A stretch of 37,504 bases of DNA from a virus (taxonomy: Duplodnaviria; Caudoviricetes): the IMG/VR virus record IMGVR_UViG_3300033076_000428, positions 1 through 37,504 of that record; one strand, 5' to 3'. The notes under the pieces were generated by a model, which saw only the letters and a program-made list of their open reading frames with translations, searched no databases and was not told where the DNA came from. Shown here piece after piece: positions 8,987 through 16,312 of the stretch (the first letter of the stretch is position 1; each line of letters opens with the position of its first letter). The translations under genes were made by a program, and so were the position numbers.

Positions 8987-8987
8987 G

Positions 8988-9260
8988 TCAGCCTCCCAGC
9001 AATTTGTTTGTGCCAGTCTGCGTGGTGGACAAGTCACCTTGCTGGCTGGTCAGGATCGTGGCAGCACGGCCACGGCGCATCGCCACGTTGTCGCTTTCCT
9101 GCTGACGCTGGCGAGCTTGGTCGATAGTAGGCGCAGGCGCGGGAGCCGATGGCGTTGGCGCTTGCTGTTGGATTTGCTGATACGGAGAATCGTTTGCACC
9201 AAACAAGTCACCGACAAAATTGCCGATGCCTGTGGTGACTGACTTCACTACACCGCCCAT
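8988..9260 (-). CDS. Small virion protein before the portal gene (Bbp22/T7 gp7.3-like), copy 1
   Basis: MGGVVKSV...RRGRAATILT...KLLGG. Confidence 0.72.
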   Translation of the reverse strand: MGGVVKSVTTGIGNFVGDLFGANDSPYQQIQQQAPTPSAPAPAPTIDQARQRQQESDNVAMRRGRAATILTSQQGDLSTTQTGTNKLLGG

Positions 9261-9263
9261 TTT

Positions 9264-10655
9264 TTACCCCATGATGTTGTAGTCTGTGATTGCGGTCGCC
9301 CTGCGCATGACAGGTCGGTCGCGCTTGACGAGCGCCTTGGCTTCACCACCGCCCACCATCAGGTACTGCCCAGCTTCACAAACGTGGGAGTATTTGCCCT
9401 TGTCGGGGACATCGCGGTACTTCTCTTGGCCCGTGACTTGTAGTCGCTTGTAATTGTAGCCACCTGCCATGCCTTTGCGCAGGGTTTGGCACTGCGGGTG
9501 GATGATCAGCCCAGCCTGCCCGTCGATCAGGCGCGTAAGGGGCACGGCCACGCTCTCACGGCGCTTGATGAAGTCGTTGGTGGCAGCAGGGTTCGCCATC
9601 ACACCGTTGGCCCTCAGAATTTGGAAGGGCGTGACCTCGTCGGTCTGGGCGCGGATGTCGCCAGCAGGGTCGCCAGTGATCGAGCCAATGGGAAAGCCTG
9701 CGTACATCGTCTGGATGTGCTGGCTCACGAGCTGGGCAAAGCGCACAGCACCCATGTCCTCGGTCACCAGCTCAGAGTGCCAGCGCCACTGGCCCATCGC
9801 GGTCTTCTGGGCAAACACGGCAGCAGGGGTCAAACCGAAGTCGATGCCGATGTGGATGGGCACAGCAGGCAGCAGGTCAAACTCTTTGCAGTGGATGCCG
9901 TCTTTGTACTCGGGATAGACGGGTTTGCCGTCACGCACGAAGCCATAGTCGCCGTGGACGTAGACCTTGATCCAGTCCTCGTCCTTGCCTGCGATCTGGC
10001 GCTCGTAGTAGTTGGGCGGCAGGTTCTCGCGGTTCTCTGCATCGGGTGCGAGGCCAGACGGTTGGCGATAGAAGCGCCAGCCCTCGGGGTGAACTTCCTC
10101 GGCCAGCTTGTACCACCAGTGATCGTTGTCAGGTGGGTTGGTGGACGCGATGATGCCCGACCATGTGCAGCCACCCATCATCTTGCTGGGATAGCGGCCA
10201 ACACGACCTGTGAGGCCATCGACCACGGCCTTGGGCACTTCACGCGCTTCGTCGATCCACGCGCCTGTCAGCTCCATACCGAGCAGCTTGGCAACGTCAT
10301 CAGGACGGTCGAGGGACACGAAGATGACCTCCATGTCGAGGTCGCCTTCTTGGATGTGGTGCGTGGGTGGGCCAGTATCGACCCAGCGGCCAAGCTGCGG
10401 TGGAACCCACTGATGCCACGACTTGATCGTGGTGGTGCGCAGTTCGGGGTATGTGTTACGAACCACAGCCCAGCGCGTGCGGCGCTTGCCATCGCTGCCG
10501 AGGCCTTGAATCTTCGACCTGCGCAAGATGTCCATGATGCACACGGTGGACTTGCCCGAGCCGAATGGCCCCATGATGCCGCGAAAAAAGCTCTCGTCGT
10601 CTTGCAGGAAGGCGCGAGAGACTGGGCCAGTGGGTCGGTAGTAAATCTGCGTCAT
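9264..10655 (-). CDS. terL: Terminase large subunit
   Basis: Walker A GPFGSGKS, Walker B AWIDEARE, STNPP coupling motif, RNase H-like IGIDFGLTP. Confidence 0.93.
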   Translation of the reverse strand: MTQIYYRPTGPVSRAFLQDDESFFRGIMGPFGSGKSTVCIMDILRRSKIQGLGSDGKRRTRWAVVRNTYPELRTTTIKSWHQWVPPQLGRWVDTGPPTHHIQEGDLDMEVIFVSLDRPDDVAKLLGMELTGAWIDEAREVPKAVVDGLTGRVGRYPSKMMGGCTWSGIIASTNPPDNDHWWYKLAEEVHPEGWRFYRQPSGLAPDAENRENLPPNYYERQIAGKDEDWIKVYVHGDYGFVRDGKPVYPEYKDGIHCKEFDLLPAVPIHIGIDFGLTPAAVFAQKTAMGQWRWHSELVTEDMGAVRFAQLVSQHIQTMYAGFPIGSITGDPAGDIRAQTDEVTPFQILRANGVMANPAATNDFIKRRESVAVPLTRLIDGQAGLIIHPQCQTLRKGMAGGYNYKRLQVTGQEKYRDVPDKGKYSHVCEAGQYLMVGGGEAKALVKRDRPVMRRATAITDYNIMG

Positions 10656-10873
10656 TTGTCGCGGAAGATCACGGCAGGCGTGCTGCGCTCGTACAGTGGG
10701 CGCTCGACGCGACGAGCCTCGCGGGTGGTGTAGGCATCGGCCATGTCGATCTGGTGATCAACCACGGGCAGTTCGGTCAGCTCTGGCTCGCGGCCAAACG
10801 TCATGAGCAGGCACGCGCACCAGCCACACAGGAAGCCGATAGCCAAGGCAAAGACGACGAAGAGCGTGTTCAT
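10652..10873 (-). CDS. Small membrane-anchored protein between terS and terL (73 aa)
   Basis: ATGA overlaps at both ends; N-terminal hydrophobic stretch LFVVFALAIGFLCGWCACLLMTF. Confidence 0.65.
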   Translation of the reverse strand: MNTLFVVFALAIGFLCGWCACLLMTFGREPELTELPVVDHQIDMADAYTTREARRVERPLYERSTPAVIFRDK

Positions 10874-11280
10874 TCCTTTTCCCCCATGTCGATGTTGATT
10901 GCGAAGCCGACCTTGTCGCCACCAGAGGTGACATCGAGCTTGTCGCCGTAACGCTCTGGCCGCTTTCTGGCGAGCTGCCACTTCTTGTTGTCGAGCTTGA
11001 GCTTTTGCAAAGCCACCCACGCAGGATCAATCTTGCCCTTGTCGTCGCGCTCGGGTTCAGCCTCTGCGATCTCGTCCATCGACTCGAACTCAACCTCTGC
11101 GCCGATCATGCGCGCGCGCGCGTATCGTTCGGTTAAGTCTTTGTCAGCATCTCTCCACCCCAAAAAAGTAGAGGCAGCGACACCAGCATTGATGGCTGCT
11201 TCACGCAGGCTTTTGCCATCCTCGAGGTCGATGAGGATGCTCTCCACTTTTGCTTCGTCGCGTGTAGTCGGTTTAGTCAT
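10870..11280 (-). CDS. terS: Terminase small subunit (Sf6 gp1-like)
   Basis: HTH GKSLREAA...STFLGW, ERYARAR, KWQLARKRPERYGDK; upstream of terL. Confidence 0.88.
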   Translation of the reverse strand: MTKPTTRDEAKVESILIDLEDGKSLREAAINAGVAASTFLGWRDADKDLTERYARARMIGAEVEFESMDEIAEAEPERDDKGKIDPAWVALQKLKLDNKKWQLARKRPERYGDKLDVTSGGDKVGFAINIDMGEKE

Positions 11281-11531
11281 TGCTCGATTCTAGTCGCTGA
11301 TGCGGATTTCGCAACGGGGGCAGCAAGCCATTGCCCTTCTTGCCCACGGTTGCCGAAGCTCCATTGCATTTGGCAGTCATGCAGCAGGCGGTCGGCTGCT
11401 TTCTTGCCTCGTTGCTTTGCCACGCTCTCGATGAACTCGTGTGCCTTGTAGCCACCATACTGCTGCCGCCAGCGCAGGACGGTGCGAACCTCGCACTGGT
11501 GGCGATACTGTTCGCTGCTGGTGTCGATCAT
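11277..11531 (-). CDS. Conserved phage hypothetical protein (RHQCEVR...QW.xGNRG type)
   Basis: 84 aa; ATGA-coupled at both ends; GAGGA RBS. Confidence 0.75.
   Translation of the reverse strand: MIDTSSEQYRHQCEVRTVLRWRQQYGGYKAHEFIESVAKQRGKKAADRLLHDCQMQWSFGNRGQEGQWLAAPVAKSASATRIEQ
11287..11316 (-). promoter_or_regulatory. Putative late promoter (TTGCGA-16-TAGAAT) overlapped by a 19-bp operator (11298-11316)
   Basis: Minus strand CGTTGCGAAATCCGCATCAGCGACTAGAATCGAGCAATG; -10 box ends 6 nt before the terS ATG. Confidence 0.55.
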
Positions 11532-11890
11532 TCCTCGTCGTCCTCGGCTGCAATGGTTTCGATCAAATCATCGGGCATGATGTAGCCCTCGGCTTTCAGT
11601 TCTTTGAGCTTCTCGACCATGCTGTCGCGGGGTAGGCAAGAGAACGTCTCGCCATCGTTGGGCAGGCCAATGGGCACAAGTTTCGATTTCTCGACCCATT
11701 CGTTCTGCGCGTTGTACAGCGCCAAACCTTCGTCAACAGGCAGCTTCCACCACTCGGGTGGCATCGGTGGGCACGGGGTATCGGCCACGCGCCTGTTGCT
11801 TGCAACGTGGCAGGTGTAGCCACCACTGACATCGGCGTAGACGTACAGGTCGCATGCGTGATCCATGCTGCTCCAGCGGCAATAACTCAT
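11528..11890 (-). CDS. Hypothetical protein (MSYCRWSS...CDLYVY, 120 aa)
   Basis: GGAGG RBS before the ATG at 11890; ATGA coupling. Confidence 0.75.
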   Translation of the reverse strand: MSYCRWSSMDHACDLYVYADVSGGYTCHVASNRRVADTPCPPMPPEWWKLPVDEGLALYNAQNEWVEKSKLVPIGLPNDGETFSCLPRDSMVEKLKELKAEGYIMPDDLIETIAAEDDEE

Positions 11891-11946
11891 AAGCCCTCCA
11901 GCCAGAGATGGTCGATGGTCATGGCGATGATGATGGCGGTGATCAT
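11887..11946 (-). CDS. 19-aa hydrophobic mini-ORF MITAIIIAMTIDHLWLEGL
   Basis: AAGGGG RBS; ATGA overlap with both neighbours. Confidence 0.5.
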   Translation of the reverse strand: MITAIIIAMTIDHLWLEGL

Positions 11947-12101
11947 GCGTTCCCCTTTGCAAGCCACTCTTCAAACTTTTTGTCGGTCTGCTGGCGCTTG
12001 CTGCCTGTGTCCTTGCGAACCCACTTGCGTTTGGGTTTGGGCTGCTCTGCTGGTGTGGCTACGGGCCACGGTGCGTTTGGTGCGAGTACGGTCTTGATCA
12101 T
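11943..12101 (-). CDS. Small basic hypothetical protein (52 aa, NAPWP motif)
   Basis: MIKTVLAPNAPWPVATPAEQPKPKRKW...; ATGA coupling; below the ORF-track size cutoff. Confidence 0.65.
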   Translation of the reverse strand: MIKTVLAPNAPWPVATPAEQPKPKRKWVRKDTGSKRQQTDKKFEEWLAKGNA

Positions 12102-12499
12102 GAGTTCCACTTCATTGCAAAAAGAATTGTTCCTACAGGGGGCCAGTCATTGGTCAGGCCTTGCAGCCGTGGGCCTTCAATGCCCCAGTCATAAATCTTT
12201 GCGACTGGCAGTAGTTCAGGCCCATCTTCCATCTCTGGTTCTTGCTCTGGCTCTTCCAACGCTTCACGCCTGCCGATCTCACGGCCACGATCCAATGCGT
12301 TTTGCAGGTCTTCTGCGGTGTAGTCCTTGGTCAACGACTTGCGTTGCTCTGGCTGTGCCAAGGCTTCTTTGATGGCGGTGATGGCATTCCACACCTTTTC
12401 TTCTGCATAAAGTTTTTGACCATTCCGCATCAATCGAAATGTCTCGCTTTGAACCTCCTTCAAAACCACAAGCGCCAGCTTCAATGCTTCGTTTTTCAT
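12098..12499 (-). CDS. Hypothetical protein (AITAIKEALAQPEQ type, 133 aa)
   Basis: AGGAG RBS before the ATG at 12499; mosaic small-gene type common in Betaproteobacterial phages. Confidence 0.7.
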   Translation of the reverse strand: MKNEALKLALVVLKEVQSETFRLMRNGQKLYAEEKVWNAITAIKEALAQPEQRKSLTKDYTAEDLQNALDRGREIGRREALEEPEQEPEMEDGPELLPVAKIYDWGIEGPRLQGLTNDWPPVGTILFAMKWNS

Positions 12500-12600
12500 A
12501 AGTCTCCTGTCACATGCAGTGCATAGTTGATGATGTGTGTGGGGTAAAACACCCCAGCCTTCACGCCGTCGAGGATGCGTTTGGCTTGCTCTTTGCTCAT
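12496..12600 (-). CDS. 34-aa hypothetical protein MSKEQAKRILDGVKAG...ALHVTGDL
   Basis: GGGAG RBS; ATGA coupling on both sides. Confidence 0.6.
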   Translation of the reverse strand: MSKEQAKRILDGVKAGVFYPTHIINYALHVTGDL

Positions 12601-12779
12601 TGCGCTCTCCCGTTGTTGTGCCTGATCCAAACCCAGTAGTGTTCATCATGGCGGTAGCCGCTGCATGCGTGAAGCGGCACGCCGTATTCGTTGAAACCTG
12701 CCTTTCCTGCGTTCTCTTGGGTCTGCTTGATGCGAGCAATGGTCTGCTCATAGGTTTCGTCTTCGATGCAAGGTGTCAT
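12597..12779 (-). CDS. Hypothetical protein (60 aa)
   Basis: GGAGG RBS; ATGA coupling. Confidence 0.6.
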   Translation of the reverse strand: MTPCIEDETYEQTIARIKQTQENAGKAGFNEYGVPLHACSGYRHDEHYWVWIRHNNGRAQ

Positions 12780-13009
12780 TGCATTGCCTCCAAAATTTTG
12801 TCGCGCACTTGATCAAGCTGCGAGACGATGCCAACAAAAGAAAAGTCTGCGAAGGTATCGCTCTTTGGGTCATAGACGGTGAACGTGGCAATCACGTTGT
12901 GGCCGTCTGCATCCATGACCCTCTCGCGCACGATGGTGGGCACGCTGTCGTTGCGGTGCTTTTTGCGTGCGTCAGCGAAGAAAGCTGAAATCTTGCCGTA
13001 CTGGTTCAT
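12776..13009 (-). CDS. Hypothetical protein (77 aa)
   Basis: AGGAGG RBS; ATGA coupling. Confidence 0.65.
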   Translation of the reverse strand: MNQYGKISAFFADARKKHRNDSVPTIVRERVMDADGHNVIATFTVYDPKSDTFADFSFVGIVSQLDQVRDKILEAMQ

Positions 13010-13467
13010 GCTGCCTCCTGACGAATGCCCAAGGCCTCGCGTGCGAAGCGCAGGTTCAATGGCCTGATCTTCTCACCAGCCTCATGCCTTGCGATGATGA
13101 TCTTGGCCCATTGCTTTGGATCGTAGGTTGCAGCAGGAGAGGCTTTGAAGGCCTCGCGCAGCTTTGCGAACTCTGCCTGCACTCGAGCTGGGTCAGCCTT
13201 GGTGTACTCGAGGGCAGGGGTGTCGTCCTTGCGTGGAGCCATGCGGCACAGGTGCTTGAATTCGATGGCGTTGGGTGCGCGTGGTGGCAGGTTCTCGAGC
13301 GCCCATGCGATGCACTCGAGGTGGTTGCCATAAGCGGCCAGCTCATGTGCCCAAACGGTTTTGACCTTGGCTTCGTCCTGACCATTCCAGCGAGCAGTCC
13401 AGTCGCTGCCGTAGGTGTTGGAAAGTCGTTCAAACAGGCGATCAATCGCTTTCAATGGCAGTGACAT
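13006..13467 (-). CDS. Lambda P-like replication protein / helicase loader
   Basis: IDRLFERLSNTYGSDW...W..EL...LPPRAPNAIEFKHLCR; directly downstream of the initiator gene. Confidence 0.7.
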   Translation of the reverse strand: MSLPLKAIDRLFERLSNTYGSDWTARWNGQDEAKVKTVWAHELAAYGNHLECIAWALENLPPRAPNAIEFKHLCRMAPRKDDTPALEYTKADPARVQAEFAKLREAFKASPAATYDPKQWAKIIIARHEAGEKIRPLNLRFAREALGIRQEAA

Positions 13468-14233
13468 TGCGCACCTCCCCTTCGATAGTCATGAAATCGT
13501 CGGCGCTCGATGAGCCACCGCCCCACTTGGCTGCTTCTTCGCGTTTGAGGCGCAGGTCGCGCTCGTAGAAGCTCTCGCGCTGTTGAGCTGGCTTGCTCTG
13601 GTCGCGCACATACCACTCAGCTTTGAAGCCTGCCCAGCCACGCTCACAGCAAACGGTGATGGCCTGCTCGAGACTGATGCCTGCCTTGACTGCCTCACGG
13701 CGAAGGCCAAGGATTGCCAAGTCAGTGACTGCTGCCTTCTTTGTGGCTCTGACGATCAGGAAGGATTGCCAAACCTCATCGCTCACATCGACTGGCTTTT
13801 GGACAGTCTTGCTCTTCTTCTTCGTAGAAGAAGAATATGGTTCTTGGTTATTGGTTCTTGGTTCTTGGTTGGCATCAGGAATTGATGCGTTCGCATTGCG
13901 GTCGCTTTGCTTGCGCTTTGCCTTTGCATTTTCCCAGCGTGCATTCGCAGCCTTCGCGCTCTTCTCGCTCTTCTCATGGTACTTTGCGATCTCTGCATCG
14001 CAGCGGCCATGTCGGTACACATCGCCGTCCAACTCGAAGAAATGCTCGAGGATTAAACGCACATCCGTGGGGTTCGCACCGATCTGAAACGCGATGCGGT
14101 CAGGCTGGTTTGGCAGCGGCTCCTCGGTGTCGTAGTAAATCCAAAGCAGGCGCAGGTACGCCATGCACTGACTGTCGTTGAGACGCGATGTGTCTCGCAG
14201 AAAGTCACCGATGTGATGTTGGTAGTAGAACAA
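13442..14233 (-). CDS. Replication initiator, DUF1376/YdaU-type N-terminus (lambda O analogue); TTG start
   Basis: YYQHHIGDFLRDT...AYLRLLWIYY; C-terminal ERGWAGFKAEW; AAGGGG RBS before the TTG at 14233. Confidence 0.82.
   Translation of the reverse strand: MFYYQHHIGDFLRDTSRLNDSQCMAYLRLLWIYYDTEEPLPNQPDRIAFQIGANPTDVRLILEHFFELDGDVYRHGRCDAEIAKYHEKSEKSAKAANARWENAKAKRKQSDRNANASIPDANQEPRTNNQEPYSSSTKKKSKTVQKPVDVSDEVWQSFLIVRATKKAAVTDLAILGLRREAVKAGISLEQAITVCCERGWAGFKAEWYVRDQSKPAQQRESFYERDLRLKREEAAKWGGGSSSADDFMTIEGEVRNVTAIESD
13815..13950. repeat. Putative replication origin inside the initiator gene
   Basis: Four tandem 11-bp TGC-N4-GCWT units (13886-13929) plus a fifth near 13940; (C/A)TTGGTT heptamer array 13838-13870; perfect 9-bp inverted repeat 13815-13835. 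Confidence 0.7.
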
Positions 14234-14237
14234 GTGA

Positions 14238-14380
14238 TCCCCTTTGGTTGGACGCACTCGGGTGGAAATTCCGAGCTGGCTCCAACCGTTGCGGTTGATT
14301 TACGGGCCGAGTGCGCCCACCAAAAGGGACTTCCATCGACCAACCTATACGCTTTCCACAGCGTGATTGAGATTTTAGCA
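14238..14380 (-). promoter_or_regulatory. Extended -10 promoter (TGcTAAAAT, 14380-14372) and a C4/CI-like structured leader occluding the initiator RBS
   Basis: About 23-bp stem 14329-14307 / 14261-14238; complementary GTGGAAA and TTTCCAC loop segments. Confidence 0.6.
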
Positions 14381-14455
14381 TCGTCAAACTGACGCGATTC
14401 TGACAGGTGGGGTACTCAGCAATGTAGTTGCGGGTAGTGCCTTTCCCCCAGAAAC

Positions 14456-14872
14456 TTAGAACGGGATGTCGTCATCCATGTCGTCGGCTGGGCCAGCGGC
14501 AGGCGCTTGCGCTGCTGCTCGTTCGCGTCGAGCTGGTGCTTCTTGTTGGCCTTGCTCTTTGGGCGGCAAGTGCATGTCGATGTCGTTCACCGTCAATCGC
14601 AGCGTGGTTTTCTTTTCGCCAGTCTGTCGGCTGGTGAACTCCTCGAGGCTGATGCGGCCCTGCACGGTGACCTTGAGGCCTTTCTTGAGGTAGGGCTGCA
14701 AGACTTGGGCACGTTTGCCGAAGAGTGCGCACTCGACCCACAAGGTCTTGGGGTTGTTCTTCGTGCCCACATCGACAGCGATGGAGAAGTTGCAAACGTC
14801 CTCGTTCATCGAGGCAACGTGGTTAAGTTCTGAATCGCGGCCCAAACGACCGCCGAAAATTCCAAGGTTCAT
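14456..14872 (-). CDS. ssb: Single-stranded DNA-binding protein
   Basis: GRLGRD OB-fold start, YLKKG.KVTVQG, acidic C-terminus DDMDDDIPF. Confidence 0.95.
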   Translation of the reverse strand: MNLGIFGGRLGRDSELNHVASMNEDVCNFSIAVDVGTKNNPKTLWVECALFGKRAQVLQPYLKKGLKVTVQGRISLEEFTSRQTGEKKTTLRLTVNDIDMHLPPKEQGQQEAPARRERAAAQAPAAGPADDMDDDIPF

Positions 14873-15243
14873 GGTGTGTCCAAAGTGTAAATTGAGATTT
14901 CAAGTTTGCCGTCTTTCACGGGCGACCGCCGTTCGATGTAGATACGATCAAACAGGCTATCGTCCTCGATGACCTCGGCGTAGGTCAGGGAGTCGAGTGT
15001 AGCTTTGAGGATGTTGTCGAGATCGCGCCTGCGTCGATCAGGTGGATAGGCATAAAGTCGAATGGCAAGCCGCCCATTACACTTTTTGCATGTGTAGTTG
15101 TTGACTCTGAGTTGCATTACAACCAAACTGCGAAACGCACGGCCCGCCTCGCTGATGAGGTGACGGCCAGCCAGCGGCCCACGAGTTGGATGTCGCCAGT
15201 AAGAGTTGACTGAGGGGGGCCAAGGCAATGTCAGTTCGATCAC
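14869..15243 (-). CDS. rusA: RusA-family Holliday junction resolvase (GTG start)
   Basis: LPWPPSVNSYWR...PPDRRRRDLDNILKATLDSL...IEDDS; GTGA overlap with the Cro-like gene stop. Confidence 0.9.
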   Translation of the reverse strand: MIELTLPWPPSVNSYWRHPTRGPLAGRHLISEAGRAFRSLVVMQLRVNNYTCKKCNGRLAIRLYAYPPDRRRRDLDNILKATLDSLTYAEVIEDDSLFDRIYIERRSPVKDGKLEISIYTLDTP

Positions 15244-15461
15244 ACTGACCCTCGACCGAAAATTAGATCGTGCGCCGTCAAGTCGATGCCGCGATCCCAA
15301 GCAGCTTTCAGTACCTTTTGTTGATAGGGGGCAGGCACGAGTCCTGTTTTGCCCCAGCGTGATACTGCCGATGCCTCGCAGTTCAGTACCCGCGCAGCGG
15401 CTCGCACCCCGCCAAATGCGTGGACAACAAGTTTCGAAGGGGGAATCATGGTGTTGTTCAT
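15240..15461 (-). CDS. Cro-like HTH transcriptional regulator
   Basis: FGGVRAAARVLNCEASAVSRW...G.VP; first gene of the leftward operon at the divergence point. Confidence 0.8.
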   Translation of the reverse strand: MNNTMIPPSKLVVHAFGGVRAAARVLNCEASAVSRWGKTGLVPAPYQQKVLKAAWDRGIDLTAHDLIFGRGSV

Positions 15462-15475
15462 TTTGCAACATTATG
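15452..15475 (-). promoter_or_regulatory. Leftward -10 box (CATAAT) with operator TGTTGT-N7-GCAACA over the Cro-like start codon
   Basis: Near-palindrome 15452-15470; CATAAT at 15475-15470. Confidence 0.6.
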
Positions 15476-15563
15476 CCGCAATCGAGGCCGCGCCAAACCT
15501 AGAGCTGGCATAGGATTCGCCCGTCTTCTGGATCAAGACTGTCGCGTAAAAACAAGGCTCCTG

Positions 15564-15622
15564 AATAAATTTATTTGCCCCCTGTTGACCTGCATGCCCA
15601 AAGTGTTGCTAGAATAGCATCA
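15564..15622 (+). promoter_or_regulatory. Rightward early promoter: AT-rich UP-like element, TTGACC, extended -10 TGcTAGAAT, operator 15604-15622
   Basis: AATAAATTTATT palindrome; TTGACC 15585-15590; TAGAAT 15610-15615 (19-nt spacer); TGTTGC-N7-GCATCA. Confidence 0.65.
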
Positions 15623-15663
15623 CCGCAGCGAAATCAGCAGCGGCAACTTTTCAGGAGTGAGTA

Positions 15664-16200
15664 ATGCAAGACATGAATTTCAACACAGGCGACCGCAGCA
15701 AGATCGGCAACACACTCGTCCACATGGGCGAAGCATGGCGCGTGATTGGCGTTGGCACTGAGCGCAACGGCAACACCTTCTGCCATCTCATCAACCTCTA
15801 CCGCAAAGTCAAACGCGAATACGTCCAGATCAACGACTGGGTCGACAGCGCTGTGTTGGCAAACTCCAAAAATCCCAAGCAAGCCCGTGACGCTGAACAC
15901 AGCGACCTCGACAACCTCTCGATCCACGAGATCGACATCTGCGCTGACATCGATTGCTACTTCGAAGCAGAAACAGGCAACCTCTGGCACGCCTATGTTG
16001 GCGACCACGACATCTTCAACGTGATGCGCGACAGCAGCATCGAATACCTCGAGCAACAGTACGCCAAGCACTGCCGCCAACAGCGCGAGCAAGACGCCAT
16101 CGACCGCGCTGCTGATCGCTTCGAGGCTCGCCAGCTCGACCGTGTGATGAACAGCCACGAATGGATGCCCACCCTCAACGCCTTGGGAGTGCGAGCATGA
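15664..16200 (+). CDS. Early hypothetical protein (178 aa)
   Basis: AGGAG RBS; first gene of the rightward operon; strong C/G third-position bias. Confidence 0.8.
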   Translation: MQDMNFNTGDRSKIGNTLVHMGEAWRVIGVGTERNGNTFCHLINLYRKVKREYVQINDWVDSAVLANSKNPKQARDAEHSDLDNLSIHEIDICADIDCYFEAETGNLWHAYVGDHDIFNVMRDSSIEYLEQQYAKHCRQQREQDAIDRAADRFEARQLDRVMNSHEWMPTLNALGVRA

Positions 16201-16280
16201 AAGCCACCATCGCACTTGCCCTGATCTACGCCGCCGCCATCGCGGTGGTGTACGCCGACCTTTTCATTTGGCGCATCTGA
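16197..16280 (+). CDS. 27-aa membrane peptide MKATIALALIYAAAIAVVYADLFIWRI
   Basis: GGGAG RBS, ATGA overlap, single TM segment ending DLFIWR. Confidence 0.65.
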   Translation: MKATIALALIYAAAIAVVYADLFIWRI

Positions 16281-16312
16281 TGCGCTTTTCACGGCACCAC
16301 TAGGAAATTCAC

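Noticed and set aside
12098-12751. 217-aa version of this ORF
   Set aside because: The upstream part is occupied by two coupled small genes; the RBS supports ATG 12499
13838-13929. Short tandem repeats as a CRISPR array
   Set aside because: 7- and 11-bp units with no spacers, inside a CDS; better explained as an origin
14238-14330. tRNA gene
   Set aside because: Multi-stem, but lacks the T-loop GTTC motif, a D-arm and a 7-bp acceptor geometry
14869-15471. 200-aa N-terminally extended RusA from the ORF track
   Set aside because: The extension overlaps the Cro-like gene; the RusA motif begins at GTG 15243 with a GTGA overlap
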